64,000 nt of DNA from Dicyema japonicum (GCA_011109175.1 RDEW01000002.1:1306676-1370675), one strand, 5' to 3'. Counted from the stretch's first letter, positions 1-17,065 are shown. Made by a program: numbers and translations. Notes: a model not told the origin generated them from the letters alone.

Positions 1-1912
1 GGCCTGGATCGCTACTCTTGGGGCGAACCCGGGATCTCGTAGCTTGCATGCTTTCCGGAAACGTTTCCGATTTTGGTCGGAATCTCCTCTTTTCGGCGAA
101 TCTAACGGGCCTTGGAAAGAAAGATGGTGGTATTCGCCCCATTGCAATTGGAAACGTATTTCGACGTTTATCCGCAAAAATGGCTTGTCGTTTTGTTATC
201 TCCCGAATTTCAGCCGAATTTTGTCCTTCGCAGCTTGGTGTCGGAATCAATGGCGGCTGTGAAGCTGGGATCCACGCAGTGAGAGAATTTGCGTCACAAT
301 CAGCTGAATTGAATGTTGAGGACAGAGTTTTATTCAAATTGGACCTCCGGAATGCCTTCAATTCAGTCAGAAGGGACACCGTCCTTGATACCTGTAGGAG
401 GAGGATTCCTCAGATTTATCCCTTTGTATATCTCGCGTATTCGGATCCATCCCCTCTTGTTTTTGGCAGTGGAATTATTTCGTCCGGATCTGGAGTTCAA
501 CAGGGGGACCCACTCGGTCCTCTTCTATTTTCCTTGTCTATCGACCATATTGCCCAGGACCGTTGCACTCCACTGAACGTCTGGTATCTGGACGATTGTA
601 TTCTCGGTGGAAGTCCCGATGATATTCTCTCCAAAGTTGCGTCGATCAGAAGTTTGTGTGGAAAAATCGGTCTGGAATTTAACAATGAAAAGTGCGAAGC
701 AATTAATCTGAATTTGAGTTCCGATTCATTCTACCTTTTTCATAGAAAACTCTGCGAAATCATCCCAGGGGTTAGGGAGACTCATATTGATTCTCTCGAC
801 TTCCTTGGGTGTGGGAATTTGGTAAACCGGGTGAGGGAGTTATTGGAAGGCAAGGTGTCATGTCGCCTTTTTTATGCTAAAGAATTGTCTTTCTCCCAAA
901 CTCCTTTTTATTCTACGGGGATCCCCATGCTACGCGAAAAAGACCTTCTATCGTTAATTGATATGGATATTTGGTCAACGATGGGGTCCATTCTTAATGT
1001 TCGTTTTGATGATTTCGGATGGTTACAGGCCTCACTCCCTGTAGCCTGCGGTGGTTTGGGTCTTTCTCTTCCTTCGGACGTTGCTTTGGGCGCCTATTTA
1101 TCTTCGTTCGGCTCGTCAAGGCGTTTAGTGGATACGGTCCTTCACTCTACTTCCGGACAAAACGTACCGCTGACGCCGTCGGGAGCTTGGGATGAATGGA
1201 TGAATTTGTACCTGAATGCTCCGGAAGTAGAGTGAAGAAAATGATGGTAAAAAATATCTTACCATCATTTTCTTCAATATTTCTGTTTATTTCAGTATCG
1301 CTTCGTCTTGGTCTTAAATTGTGTGCCGAAAGGAAATGCCGCTGTGGACGTTGGATCGATCCTTTTGGTTATCATCCTTTGTCATGCAAGATGAGTGCGG
1401 GTCGTTTCCCCAGGCACTCCTGTCTTAACATGACATTAAATAATTCCCTTGCCTCTGCTGGACACCATTGCCTATTAGAACCTGCTGATCTTTCCCGAAA
1501 CGATGGAAAACGCCCTGATGGGATGACGACTTTTCCATTCGCCAACGGACGAAACCTGATCTGGGACGCGACGTGTGTTGATACTTATTCCCCGTATAAT
1601 TTGGTTGTTTCTGCTTCAGACCCAGGACATGCTTCGAAGCAGGCCGAGGAACGAAAGAGGAGGAAGTACCAGAGAATTTCGGAGGAGTATCTTTTTGTTC
1701 CATTCGCGGTGGAAACGTCAGGAATCCTTGGCCCCCAAGCAGATGAGTTGGTTCGTAAGATCGGCTCCATGATTCAAGCTGTGACCACGGATCCGCGAGA
1801 GACTGGTTGGTTCCGAAAACGTATCTTGTTGGCTATTATTAGGGGAAATAGCATGGTCATTCAGATGCCTTAATTTAATTTTTACATTTAAAAGTGTTCT
1901 TTAAAAAAAAAG
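1..1912 (+). mobile_element. CRE-like non-LTR retrotransposon (RT + restriction-like endonuclease), 5' part outside window, internally deleted
   Basis: ORF 18-1235 has RT motifs GIRPIAIG, LDLRNAFNSV, GVQQGDPLGPLLF, WYLDD. ORF 1196-1873 has a C-x-C..H..SC zinc motif and RLE motifs GKRPDG..WDATCVD..FAVET. An A-run follows at about 1903-1912. Confidence 0.9.
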
Positions 1913-2169
1913 TTGTAAATATTCATCAAAATATAAATATGTGGATTCATTAATTTCTGACTTGCAGATTGAGGGTGCGACAAATAACTTTCATTTAATA
2001 AATGAGTATAACAAAATCACAATATTTTGTAAATTTGTTAAATAAACAGACAAATCCAACAAGATATTGATTTATCAGCATTAATGTATTACAACTTATA
2101 TTTTAATAATCAGTCACCAAATGGGAATCACTTAGCTACTGAAGTACTCTGAAATTACAAATAAATTAA

Positions 2170-2300
2170 ATTATTCCAAAAACCGGGGGGTAATTCCTTG
2201 ATCCTGACGCGTTCCAGCAGAACCCTCACTCAAGCACAGTGATTCAGGAGATGAGGTCGATTTCAAAACTCGTCACCAGGGAGCGGAATTGTCTATCAAA
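2170..2300 (-). mobile_element. 3' tail fragment of an APE-RT LINE family
   Basis: Clear nucleotide similarity to 28585-28740 (atcctgacgcgtt..cag..gaaccctcac..caagc..cagtgat..ccagggagcg.aatt) and to 2660-2725. Confidence 0.6.
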
Positions 2301-2529
2301 TAATTTCCAAATAAAAAATAAATTAATATTTGCTAGTAGTATACAGAAAACAACATAATATTAATTTGGTACTAATTCAACATTATTTAGTTAAATTTGG
2401 TTAATCTACTTTCTTGAACTCAAATTATAAATAATTATTTACTTCACTACTTAATCACTATATTAACACAAGTTTTATATATGAACAATCAACTAAAGAT
2501 TTATAATTCTACAAATATAAATCAATTTT

Positions 2530-2725
2530 ATGCTAAACAAGATTTGAATGCGGATCCAAGACTTTTTTGTATAGAACTTCGGGTATAGGACGTCTCCAGA
2601 GTCCATTACATCGACAATGCTTGTGAGAAGGAAAAATTCTCTCGCCGGGGATGCGTTCACTGATGCTGCAACGTATCAGGATTGTGTTATTAGTTAGTGT
2701 GGATATACCATAATCTTTGGAATTT
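2530..2725 (+). mobile_element. 3' tail fragment of the same LINE family
   Basis: Ends with tcaggattgtg..ttagttag..cataatctttggaat, the terminal motif shared by the LINE ends in this window. Confidence 0.55.
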
Positions 2726-3584
2726 TTAATTTCTGTCTTGTTACTGGAAGATGCTAAGGGAGTGGCACTTAGCACACACATGTAATTATGATTTGCAGAC
2801 TAAACGAGATTCGAACCCGATTCCTACGAACATTTAAGACCTAATCAATACTCACGAGAAGAAAGACTTTAATTCATCATGAAACTAATTAGACATTTTA
2901 TAAAAAGTGAATAAAATGGTAGGTCAATTAAAAACGTGATTATTGATTAACCTTTTGTCTATTATATATCTTTTTGAATATTGAGTAATATTGCAAAAAA
3001 TATCACGATGAATAAGATTGTCTTCAATATACTTTGATGGTACTGAAAATATGACTTTCTGACAAATCAAAGATAAATCTGTCAATATGGTAAATGTCAG
3101 TAAATATTCCAAAGTAATAAAATAAAAACCCACGCAATAACTGTAAGTGTTTGTAATAATTTTAGTTTAGTGAAAAGTGTCATTAATCAAATTGAATTTA
3201 TTTTAACTTTAATCAATAAAATGCCGCTGTGAAGAAAACAATAATAAAGTGCAAGGATTAAATTTAATGGTGACTGACTGCTTGGAGACCGAATATAAAA
3301 TGTCTGGACATGTTATATTCCCCCTTTATAACCAAAAATCCGGCAAGGAATGGGAAAATGGTGATCGTGATAATAAATCCTAAATTGACAATCAGATTAT
3401 TTTATAATCTGGAGGAATGTGAAGAACCATCAAAGACAACTTAAATCAGGCGTTATGATCAGATTGAAGATGTCTGTAGTCTGACAGAATAAATGTAGAT
3501 GACATTATTAAAATTTAATGGCAAATTATGTTGGTTTTTTACGTTTTATAATAATATAAATATAAATTAGCGTAGAATTATTGA

Positions 3585-4617
3585 ATGAATTACAACAGAA
3601 TTAAATCCCCCTTTAATAAGTATGAATCTCCATATATAGTATATTTTATAATTATTTTAGTCACATAATATATCACCAGACCAAGTCTATACAAACTCGT
3701 ATATTGTATATGATCCTTATGATGGACACGTTTGTCCTGATATTCCACCAACGTTATTAATATTTATATATTTAAGTAATTCATATCCTGGAATTTATGA
3801 TTTTCGTATTTCTCCCTCTCAGCCAGAAAAGGAGACAAAATGTATAAACTGGACAGTTTAGATTGTTTATTAAATTATAAGTATTCCTCTCTTCTTCACA
3901 AAATATACGTCCGTCCATTTTCTCAATGTCCTATCCGATTTCGTTGTTTTAATAAACCACCACAAGGATATTACATTCGTGCCATGCCAGTTTATATGAA
4001 ACCTGAGCATGTGAAGGATGTAGTAAAAAGATGTCCAAATCATGCGTCGAATGATAAAAGTATATTATTAATGAGAGGAATAGATTCACCATTGAGTGAA
4101 CATCTTGTTCATTGTAGTGATACCAATGCTTTTTATATGAATGATTCTAACAGATTAAGTGTTATTGTCCCTTTCTCAGAACTTCAACGTATTTTATTAT
4201 TTTACATTAGCTGGCTGTGAATGGCTTACTTTCCTCTACAAATTTATGTGTTATGGATCATGCACTGGTGGACTCAATCGCAGACCAATCAATCTTGTAT
4301 TTACTTTAGAAGATAGGTTATTACAAAATTTATTTTAGTTTTTCTGTTGTCTGTGGGAGACAGGTCGTTGAAGTAAGGATATGTGCATGTCCTGGAAGAG
4401 ATCGTCGTTCAGATGAAGCATCAGCACATAAACGATTAAATAAAGACATTCATCCTAATCCCAAACATTTTAAGAAATCAGAAGAAAGTGATGAATATAA
4501 TCTTATTGTTTATAATAATTATTATATTTTCAGATTAAAGGAAAGGATAATTTTCACTTATTGAAGACCATTAGAGACCATTTATATTTAATATCCAATA
4601 AAAATGAACAACTCTAG
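3585..4617 (+). CDS. TP53-like: p53/p63/p73-family transcription factor (DNA-binding domain + oligomerisation domain), about 8 exons
   Basis: Removing 22-26 nt GT-AG introns gives [101 protein letters not shown]. Zn ligands and DNA-contact arginines are intact. The ATG at 3585 is inferred. Confidence 0.93.
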
Positions 4618-5072
4618 TCGGTCAATTTCATAAATAATATTTTCTTTTTAATAAATTTTGTCATTCATTTTATTCTCCATAACGACAGACAGTTTTATTC
4701 GTGCGGAAAATAAGTCCCAAACATAAATTGATTTATGGGAAATAATTACTGTCATTATAATTGGGCTTATTTTTTAAACTTTGAAGTTATAATTTTATTT
4801 TTAACAAAAGATTTTGTTAGCCCACGATGCCTTTCATATACATAGGAAACTGTGTTAGTGTGCCGCACAAGAATAAATAATAGACTGTTTTAAATGTATA
4901 AACTAACAATAAAAGATAATGGACAATATTTAATCCAATAATTAAAACCTTTAAATTATCTATAATTTTATTATATAATTAAAAAACCAAATCAATATAA
5001 CAGATTTCCCAACATTGATTATTGTTAGTAAATGGTAGTGTTATATAAAAAGTTAACAAATATATAGAGTTA

Positions 5073-8000
5073 ATGGAAGAGGACAGCAATATAAAAGTGT
5101 TTTGTCGATTCCGTCCCCTGAATGGTTCAGAAATAAACTCAAATGAGGAGTTTATACCAAAATTTAGTGGGGAGAATGTAGTAAAGATGGGAGTTCATAT
5201 GAATATGTAATAATAGGGGAAAGTATTTATGTTTGACAAAGTATTTGGTCCAGAAATAGGACAAGAGGAAGTATACGAGGAGACAGTCCGTCGAATAGTG
5301 ACAGGTTAGTTTGTAATTGATTGTAGATGTCCTTGATGGATACAACGGCACAGTACTTGCGTATGGACAGACTTCTAGTGGGAAGACTCATACAATGGAG
5401 GTTGGTTATGTGAAGAATGCAGGGAGTACTGGATGATGGAAACCTTCAAGGAATTATTCCTAGGATTGTGAATGACATATTTGAGCATATCTACCAAATG
5501 GAGGAACATTTAGTACTTCACATAAAAGTGTCCTACTTTGAAATATACATGGAAAAGATAAGGGATTTGTTGGATGGTTATTGACTTTGTTGTATTTTAG
5601 TTAATAAACATAATTTGGTTATTCATGAGGACAGACAGAGAGTTCCTTCAGTAAAGGTTACTCTTGGGTAATAAGTAAGGGAATAACTGAGAGATTTGTT
5701 CTGTCCTTTGATGATATAATGGATGTTCTCCATACAGGCAAGGCTAACAGACACGTGGCTGTAACTAGTATTTGTAATATAAATAAACAGATATGAATGA
5801 ACATAGTTCTCGAAGTCATTCTGTTTTGCTAGTAACCATTCTACAGGAAAATACATTAAATGATAAAAAACTTACTGGACGACTTTACTTGGTTGATTTA
5901 GCTGGGAGTGAAAAGGTACTCTTTATATTTATTCTATAGGTTAGTAAGACTGGGGCTGAAGGACTTGTACTTGATGAAGCCAAGACCATTAATAAATCAC
6001 TTTCTGCTCTTGGAAATGTAATTTCATCCCTAACAGAGGAATCACGCACTCATATTCCTTATAGGGACAGTAAACTAACACGAATACTACAGGAATCCTT
6101 GGGAGGTAATGCTCGGACTACTATCATAATATGTTGTTCCCCTGCCAGAGTTAATGAGTCTGAAAGTCGATCTACTCTTATGTTTGGACAAAGGTAATCT
6201 TTTATTTGTATTAAAGGGCCAAAACCATTAAAAACAAGGCTATAGTAAATGAGGAGGTGAGTGCTGAGGAATGGAAGAGAAGGTGTCTTTCTGAGAGAGC
6301 CAAACGATTGGAAATAGTAGGACTCCTTGAAAGAGCCGAAGCAGAACTGAAAGTATGGAGGTCGGGTTGTTGTTTGTATAATGTGAAGGAGGACATGTTG
6401 TTGTGGATCAACAATTTAATATTGAAAGAAAGCCTTCCCTTGCTGACAATACATCCAGTCAGAGTTCCCTCAGCGATGACAAGAGACTGTTGGAAGAACG
6501 AGTTTATGTGAAATAATAAATTAAGGATGAGGAAATTGGGCAACTATCACAGACTGTAGCACAAATGGGACAACAGTTGAATGATCTTAATAAAATTTTG
6601 GCTGAATCTGTCTCTAAAATTGAGTTTGATTCATTACTGAGGGAACATCAGTTGGCTAAGGAAGAGGTTTTTTTTTTTTTAGAAAATTGGGTTGTATTTG
6701 CAGATTAAATCAATTACTGCAAAGCTTTGGAAGAAATGGGTGAAAGCTTTGACGTAAAACTGGAGGATATTGAGGGAAAATGTGCCGAGAATGCTAATTT
6801 AAAGACAGAATTGAAGAATAAATTAGTAATTATGTTATATAATCTTAGAATATTATAGAAACTAAACAAAGGGAAATTGTAGAATCTGCATTGGTCATTG
6901 ATACCTTAAGGGGTGAGTTAGACAAAATAACACTTACTATTACTGAGTTTGAGGGTTGTCTCAATGATAATGTTATTTATATTATTACTTTAGGATTGTC
7001 TACAAAGTCGTCTCGATGCTATAATAGATTCTGTTAAATCACTCTCTCAAACAAAAACACAACTTTATGAAACAAAAAATAATTTAGCAGAAGTACGTGA
7101 ATGTTTAGAGAAGAAGAGACAATATGTGAGAGAGGCTTGATTTTGAGAGTAATTAATAGATGGAGGACAAAATAGTGACAGTTCATGATGAATTACGTGA
7201 TAGGGACAGAATTTGTGATGAATTGAAATATCAGATTTATTTATGTGAAGAAAAAATAACACAATTGAATGGTTTATGGGAAATCTTATTTTTAGAACAA
7301 AGGGAGTCACATAATGAACAACAAATGAAGACTGTACTGGAGGAACAAATTGAGAGATGCAGACTCCATCACCAAACACAACTGAGTGAAATGAGGGAAG
7401 TCATTAATGATAGGGATTCTAAACTTGAAATATCTTTGATGTATAGATTACTGCCTATATAAACAGAGAAAGAAATAATTTAATAGAGGAGTTGGGGGAT
7501 TTGAAGTCACGTCTTGAATTTTTGCAGTGCTCTAATGAATCACTTGAGACGGAATTGAGTAAATTAAAGGAGGAAAATAAACAGATATTAAATTCAAAGG
7601 ATCAACTACATCAATTGGAGGCAAAAGTGGTGAGTTTGTGTTAGTAATTGATAGGCATTGGAATTAAGACAATTATCAGTGTGTAGAACAGGCTTTATGA
7701 CTCACTTTACTGATTATTTGAATGTTAATGTTATACTTATTATAGGGGAATAATTCTGTAAATGATACAAGAATTTCATATTTGGAGACAGCAGTGAAGG
7801 AATTGAATGAAACTAATCGTCAATTAGTGAAGGACAATACATCTTTGAGATGTGATAGATCAAAGTTGAAAGCTCAACTGAAAATGGCAAATGACAGATT
7901 AGTGTTTATTGAGAGAAAGTGTATGGACATAAAGGAGGCTGCAGACAGAGATCTAACAAAATACGAAGAAGAGATCAAAAAATTAAGGGATTCAATATTT

Positions 8001-8123
8001 AGAGGAGTGCGTAGAGCACCTCAAATATGTTATTATTGTTACTAATTAATAGTACGTCCAATTCGTAATGATAAGGGAGGGACATTTGGTGGATTTGTTA
8101 GACCAGTAAAAAAATATTTATAA
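5073..8123 (+). CDS. KHC/KIF5: Kinesin-1 heavy chain
   Basis: Spliced translation: [76 protein letters not shown], neck SAEEWKRR, coiled-coil stalk, tail APQILRPIR. Introns are mostly 22-26 nt. There is an apparent frameshift near 6700-6725. Confidence 0.95.
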
Positions 8124-8182
8124 TGACTATATTTGAAATAAACCAATTTATTAATAGAAAAGTGAACAGAATATTACATTAT

Positions 8183-12192
<4,010 letters not shown>

Positions 12193-12599
12193 CTATTCTT
12201 AACAATACAACATGATACCTTTCCTTTTTATTTAATATTTTAATTTTAATTTTATTATTAAAATATTTTTAATTTATACATTTTTTCAGAATATTGTCTA
12301 AAACACTTTTATAACAATATTATGAGTATGCTGACATATAAGCCATCACACTAAGTCATTTCGTTCAAAACATAAAATTTAATATGTTGATATTTACCTA
12401 CATTAAGCACATGTGGGGTTATACTGCGTCAATAGTAAATCTAAATTCCTTAATTAACGATAGGATCCATCTTAAAGATTAAATTTGTTGTTTCAAATCT
12501 AACAAATACTAAATTATTATAATTACTTTGCATTAATTAACTTAATTTATAAGATAAACTCGAGTAATGAGTATTATTTTTGATATTTTATTCTCTTTA

Positions 12600-13145
12600 A
12601 ATAACAATCCGTTACTCTGAAATTCCTCTTTTAAATTTCCTCGATCTTCCTCATTTTTTTACAACATATGGACAGTCCCACGCATATGAGAAACATGACT
12701 CGATGTACTGTCGGTGCATGTTCATCAGGACCGGGTGAGTACCACTCTTCAATATTCTCGATAAACTTTTCACATTTTACAAGAATATTTTCTACGTGTG
12801 GTGATAGACAAGGATGCATATATCAAGTGTTTATTTAACTTCAGATCCTTTGAAATCTGTTGAAAGGGATGTCGATCTTATTTAACTTCAAGGAAACTGT
12901 CTTCCTTCCCAATCTTTTGTCCATGGTAAAAAGGGGTGCAATCACTTTTCTACATTCACTATGAGCCGGTTCTCTATTATCCATGGATTGAGTCGGTCCA
13001 GGTTTATTACTATTCTTTCCATGGTTTTCTGAATGTCCCGATTTCGCAAAGCCAAAACAATATCCTCCGCATAAGAGAGTGAACATTATTTTCGGATTCC
13101 AGAGTTGGAGATCGGCCAGAAAAATGTTAAATAGAGTAGGGGATT
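12600..13145 (-). mobile_element. Degenerate APE-RT LINE fragment (same family as 36600-40400)
   Basis: LFTMDKRLGRKTVSLKLNKIDIPFNRFQRI and HPCLSPHVENILVKCEK match ORF 39448-40098. Confidence 0.8.
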
Positions 13146-13169
13146 TTTGAAAAGTTTACCTTTTTTTGA

Positions 13170-14150
13170 GCCCCTGATAATACCATAAGACAGTAGACGG
13201 AGTCAATACTAAACTTCTAGTTCGATGAACTAGGATGGAAAATATGCAAGCTGCTTGTGAGAACAGGGGTATTTGGCTAAGGTCCATCATGGAAGCTGTC
13301 CCATTCGCTTACCATTCATCGCTTGCGAACAGTAGTCGCTTGGTCCAAAGAATCCTACGTAACGCAACTGGACTTACCTTGGCCGCACAGATGTCAGTTT
13401 GTATGTTGTGGAGGGAGACGGGCATGGAATTCCCGATCAATATTATTAGCCAGGGAAGCTTTGGCTCTATTGTAAGTACAAGGACGCTGGAAAGGCGAAA
13501 GAAAGGAGTTAACCAACACTGGGTTGCATGTATCATTTCGGAAATTGAACCTCCTTTTAAGCCCTACCGTGATTGTGTCTCGGAAGACTCCTTGACGAGA
13601 ATTATCTGAGGATCAGAGTGGCACTGCGACTCGGATTCGATGTCGACACCAAATATCTACATCTTCTGTCTTGCCGCTTCGTTCCACACAGCGTTGTTCT
13701 ATTGGTCCTCAGAGCCGCGGGAATTCGGACTGGGACCCCTAGATTTGGACAGAGGCGATGAGAAGAGGCCAGATGGGATGTAATTATTTCCATACTCCCA
13801 CGGTAAATTACTTTTTTGGACGCCACATGTGTGGACATGTTTTCTGTTTCCAGGTTGCTGACAGCCAAACACTCACTTGAGATGCGGCAGAAAAATTTGA
13901 AAGTTCGAATTACTCAGGGAAAACAACCATTTCATCCTTATTGTGATGGAAACTTCTTTTTTTTCTTTTTTTCATCCTATTGTGATGGAGACTTCCGGGG
14001 TCGTGGGAAAGATGACAAACTCATTTCTCTCCAATATCAGATGAAGGCTTGCTTTGAGGAGATGAGAACCCTGAGAAGGACTTTGGCTGAGGCAGAGGCT
14101 CAAAATAGCAGTAATCAGAGAAAACGCCTTGCAATTCTGGCCTCTTAACT
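13170..14150 (+). mobile_element. Degenerate CRE-like retrotransposon remnant
   Basis: LDENYLRIRVALRLG and DATCVDMFS motifs match the CRE copy at 1196-1873. Confidence 0.65.
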
Positions 14151-14169
14151 GAAAAAAGACTTTAGTTAT

Positions 14170-14965
14170 TCATTTATTTAGAACCTCGCGATCACCGAGA
14201 AAGAAAGACAGAAAAAAATCAGACAGTTAGGTAATCCCAGTTCCCGCAATCAAACAAGCCACCCAACGTCTGTGGTTTCCCATTGTTCCCACTAACGTGC
14301 GAAAGTACCTTCTCTCTTCACTGCATAGGAATCCGATTGGGAAGGGGAACTTCCTAACCAATTGACTTTCTTTTACCTTGAAAAAAGACAGGCTAGCGGG
14401 TTTTTTTCCTCCTTACATACCCGAAGCAATCCGGTTCCGCTATTACGGGTCGTAACTTCCGTGAGTAGGGGATTAACCATTGATCCAGAATTAAGGCCCA
14501 TCATAAAAATAGTTTTCCGGTATATTGAATTGATTCTTTGGATCGTAGTCTTTAATAATGCGAATCTCCGTGCAACAGTGGCATACTCAACAGCCGGGGA
14601 AATAGTTTGCCGGTAGAGGTTGCAACAGAAGCATCCAAATTCAAAGGAGTCCTCCGGACAAGTGCGCATACAAAATTCAACTTTTCCAAGTCTTTAGTGA
14701 GGATTTTTTTCGCATGTGAGTTGAAATTCAACAGCCTGTCGAACATTAATCCAAGAATTGAAGGAGACATTGTTACTGGTATCTGAACAGGACCAATGAA
14801 AATTCTTGGATCTTCTTTTGAACGACAGTCTGAGAAGAGTACATATTGATTTTTCGGCAGAAATCGTTAGTCGGTTAGCAGTCAACCAATCATAGACGGT
14901 GTTCACTCTAGCCTGATCATTGAGTCGAGAGAAAGCGGAGAACCTTTGGGTGGTCCGTTAGGTAG
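14170..14965 (-). mobile_element. APE-RT LINE 3' portion
   Basis: NGPPKGSPLS, DWLTANRLTISAEKS, ILGLMFDRLLNFNSH, LYRQTISPAVEYA. The 3' terminal stem motif lies at 14180-14240. Confidence 0.75.
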
Positions 14966-15039
14966 TACTTGTGATCTCGATCTAAGTCGCCCACATACGA
15001 GTCTCCCACGTCGCCCAGAGAGAAAGTTGGCCAAATAGG

Positions 15040-15260
15040 AGGACTTGGGATAGCGAGTCCCCCTTGGAACTCCACGTGATGTCGGAAAAAAGTTGGAGGT
15101 ACAATTGCTAATTTTGACAGGAAGATGAGTGTTCTGCATGAGCAGGCGTATTATTTTAACGTCTTCAGGGCGAAGAAAACTTTTCAAAACTTACATAAAT
15201 TTCGCCGGTGTACCGAATCGAATGCACGGGACATATAAAATTCAAGTATTTCAATAGATT
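15040..15260 (-). mobile_element. RTE-like RT fragment
   Basis: KSFLRPEDVKIIRLLMQNTHL..FFPTSRGVP matches the RT at 33181-34890. Confidence 0.7.
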
Positions 15261-15294
15261 TTGTATACTTTTGGCATAGGAAAATACTAAGTGG

Positions 15295-15642
15295 TCACCC
15301 ACATACGATCATTGTACATAAATGGTAGGGTGGCGACGTTGCCTGCCAGGTCTTGTACAGGTAGGCGTTAAGACCAACGTAGTGACCGCAGCGGAGGCTC
15401 GCTAGGTTTACCCTTATATCACGAGAAAAAGAAGATTCATAACATCGATGCCAGTTGGAAGGCGGCCAAGAAACTTGTTTACAAGTCTTCGGATCGCATT
15501 CGTTGACACCCAGTTTTTGGGAGTATACTTGTTTGTGGAAAGGATTTGAGGACGCGTGATTTATCTTCATGAGTAGGTAGTACCTTCGATTTATTAGTGG
15601 AGAGACAAAAGAAGTGGGCTGGATGGTCAGGTTTTTTTGCAT
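15295..15642 (-). mobile_element. I-group LINE C-terminal fragment
   Basis: RDIRVNLASLRCGH..LNAY motif, shared with 16488-16907 and 44251-44466. Confidence 0.7.
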
Positions 15643-16049
15643 TTTCTAAAGGATTGTAGTCCTAACATCTGGAAATAATCCGTAATTAGGATTATTTTTG
15701 AGTTCCATTGTAGGTGATTAATTGGAGTACTTTTTAGGCAACCAGTAATTATTCTGAGGACAGAGTTTTTGATTTTTCGATTATTTTAAAATCGTAATAG
15801 ACAGACAAGGGTACCAAGCAGGAACAGCATAATTCAATTTTGTTATAGTAAATTGTCGGTTGACAATTGATAGAATTTCTCTGACCAAATGTAATAATTA
15901 TAAGATTTAGATTAACACCCCACGATACATTTATTATAATATATCACCGCATGTGCAGCAAAAAATATGAGTTCCAGGCTTTTCTGTTCTTAGCCAGATC
16001 GTTCATTTAACATTTGTAATAATTATGAGATTAACCCACTTTATTTAAC

Positions 16050-17065
16050 CAACAATAAAAAGTTCCTCAAATAGGACATGCAGCGATATTCCGCGCGAAG
16101 ACCTAATAAACATGCTTGAGCTGCAACGTATAACATCTCTAATGTTCGTGCTCTCTTTGGCAGTTGTGGTCATCTGGTCCCCGCCCCTTTAGACCCGTGC
16201 TCCTTCTCTGACCCTCTTTGTCTACAGCCATTTTCTTGAGTTCACAAATATTGCAGTACTGAATCTGCCACTGAAGAGCACCGCCAAGTATGACAGCCAT
16301 TCTAAGGCATTCGGGATAGCCTGCTACATACCCGCAAAACTACCTGCCACGCCCCATTCCTATTGGGTCAGTTGCCACAACGCTCTCGGATATGGCAATA
16401 ATGATATTCTTGCCATCTGGTAACGCAAGTGATTTTCCTCCTTTTTTCCATTCGACATTTTTACCAACTCGAGAGAGTTTTAGTTAGTTAAGTAGCCCCA
16501 ACCTCACTAACTTGTAGGAGGCCAACAGCTATTAAATAGAACGCAGCAGATGTTGGTCGCTCCCATACATCGATCAGTCCCGGCATTGTAGACGAACGTT
16601 GTGCCAATTCATGACATTCAAATAAGTGAGTAGCCCCAACCTCACTAACTTGTAGGAGGCCAACAGCTATTAAATAGAACGCAGCAGATGTTGGTCGCTC
16701 CCATACATCGATCAGTCCCGGCATTGTAGACGAACGTTGTGCCAATTCATGACATTCAAATAAGTAATTTGTTGTCAACACGTAGAAATTGCAAAAGAGA
16801 CAGATAATATTGTATGTTGGTAGATATGGGTGGTGCCCACATCGTAGACGAGCCAAATTTTCGATTTGGTTCACCTTCACGTGGAGGAAATTGGATACCA
16901 GTATCAATCTGACACTAAAAGAACCACAACTATTCCCCTGTCAACCTTTTTAACGACCTCTGGGAAGTCGGACTTGATGATGGCGGCTATTGAGCGGGCG
17001 CATAGCTTTCGCTCCCAAAGAGAGAGTTTTAACGCCACCGAATCGAACGCAAGTTGCATGTTTTT
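16050..17065 (-). mobile_element. 5' part of an R4-like element, interrupted by a LINE insertion
   Basis: The reverse complement of 17020-17065 plus 16050-16482 aligns to the 5' end of the element at 17109-17500. Confidence 0.85.
16483..17019 (-). mobile_element. 5'-truncated I-group LINE with (TAAC)n tail and 12-bp target-site duplication
   Basis: LARLRCGH..HLFEC C-terminus. Flanked by the direct repeat gagagagtttta at 16471-16482 and 17020-17031. Confidence 0.85.

Noticed and set aside
2785-2900. Possible GIY-YIG/Penelope trace (QTKR..YEHLRP)
   Set aside because: Too short and frameshifted to support.
6667-6725. Frameshift in the kinesin stalk after a poly-T run, as possible programmed frameshifting
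   Set aside because: Removing two extra A's in A-runs restores INQLLQALEEM. A homopolymer consensus error is the simpler explanation; a similar one occurs in rootletin near 21890.
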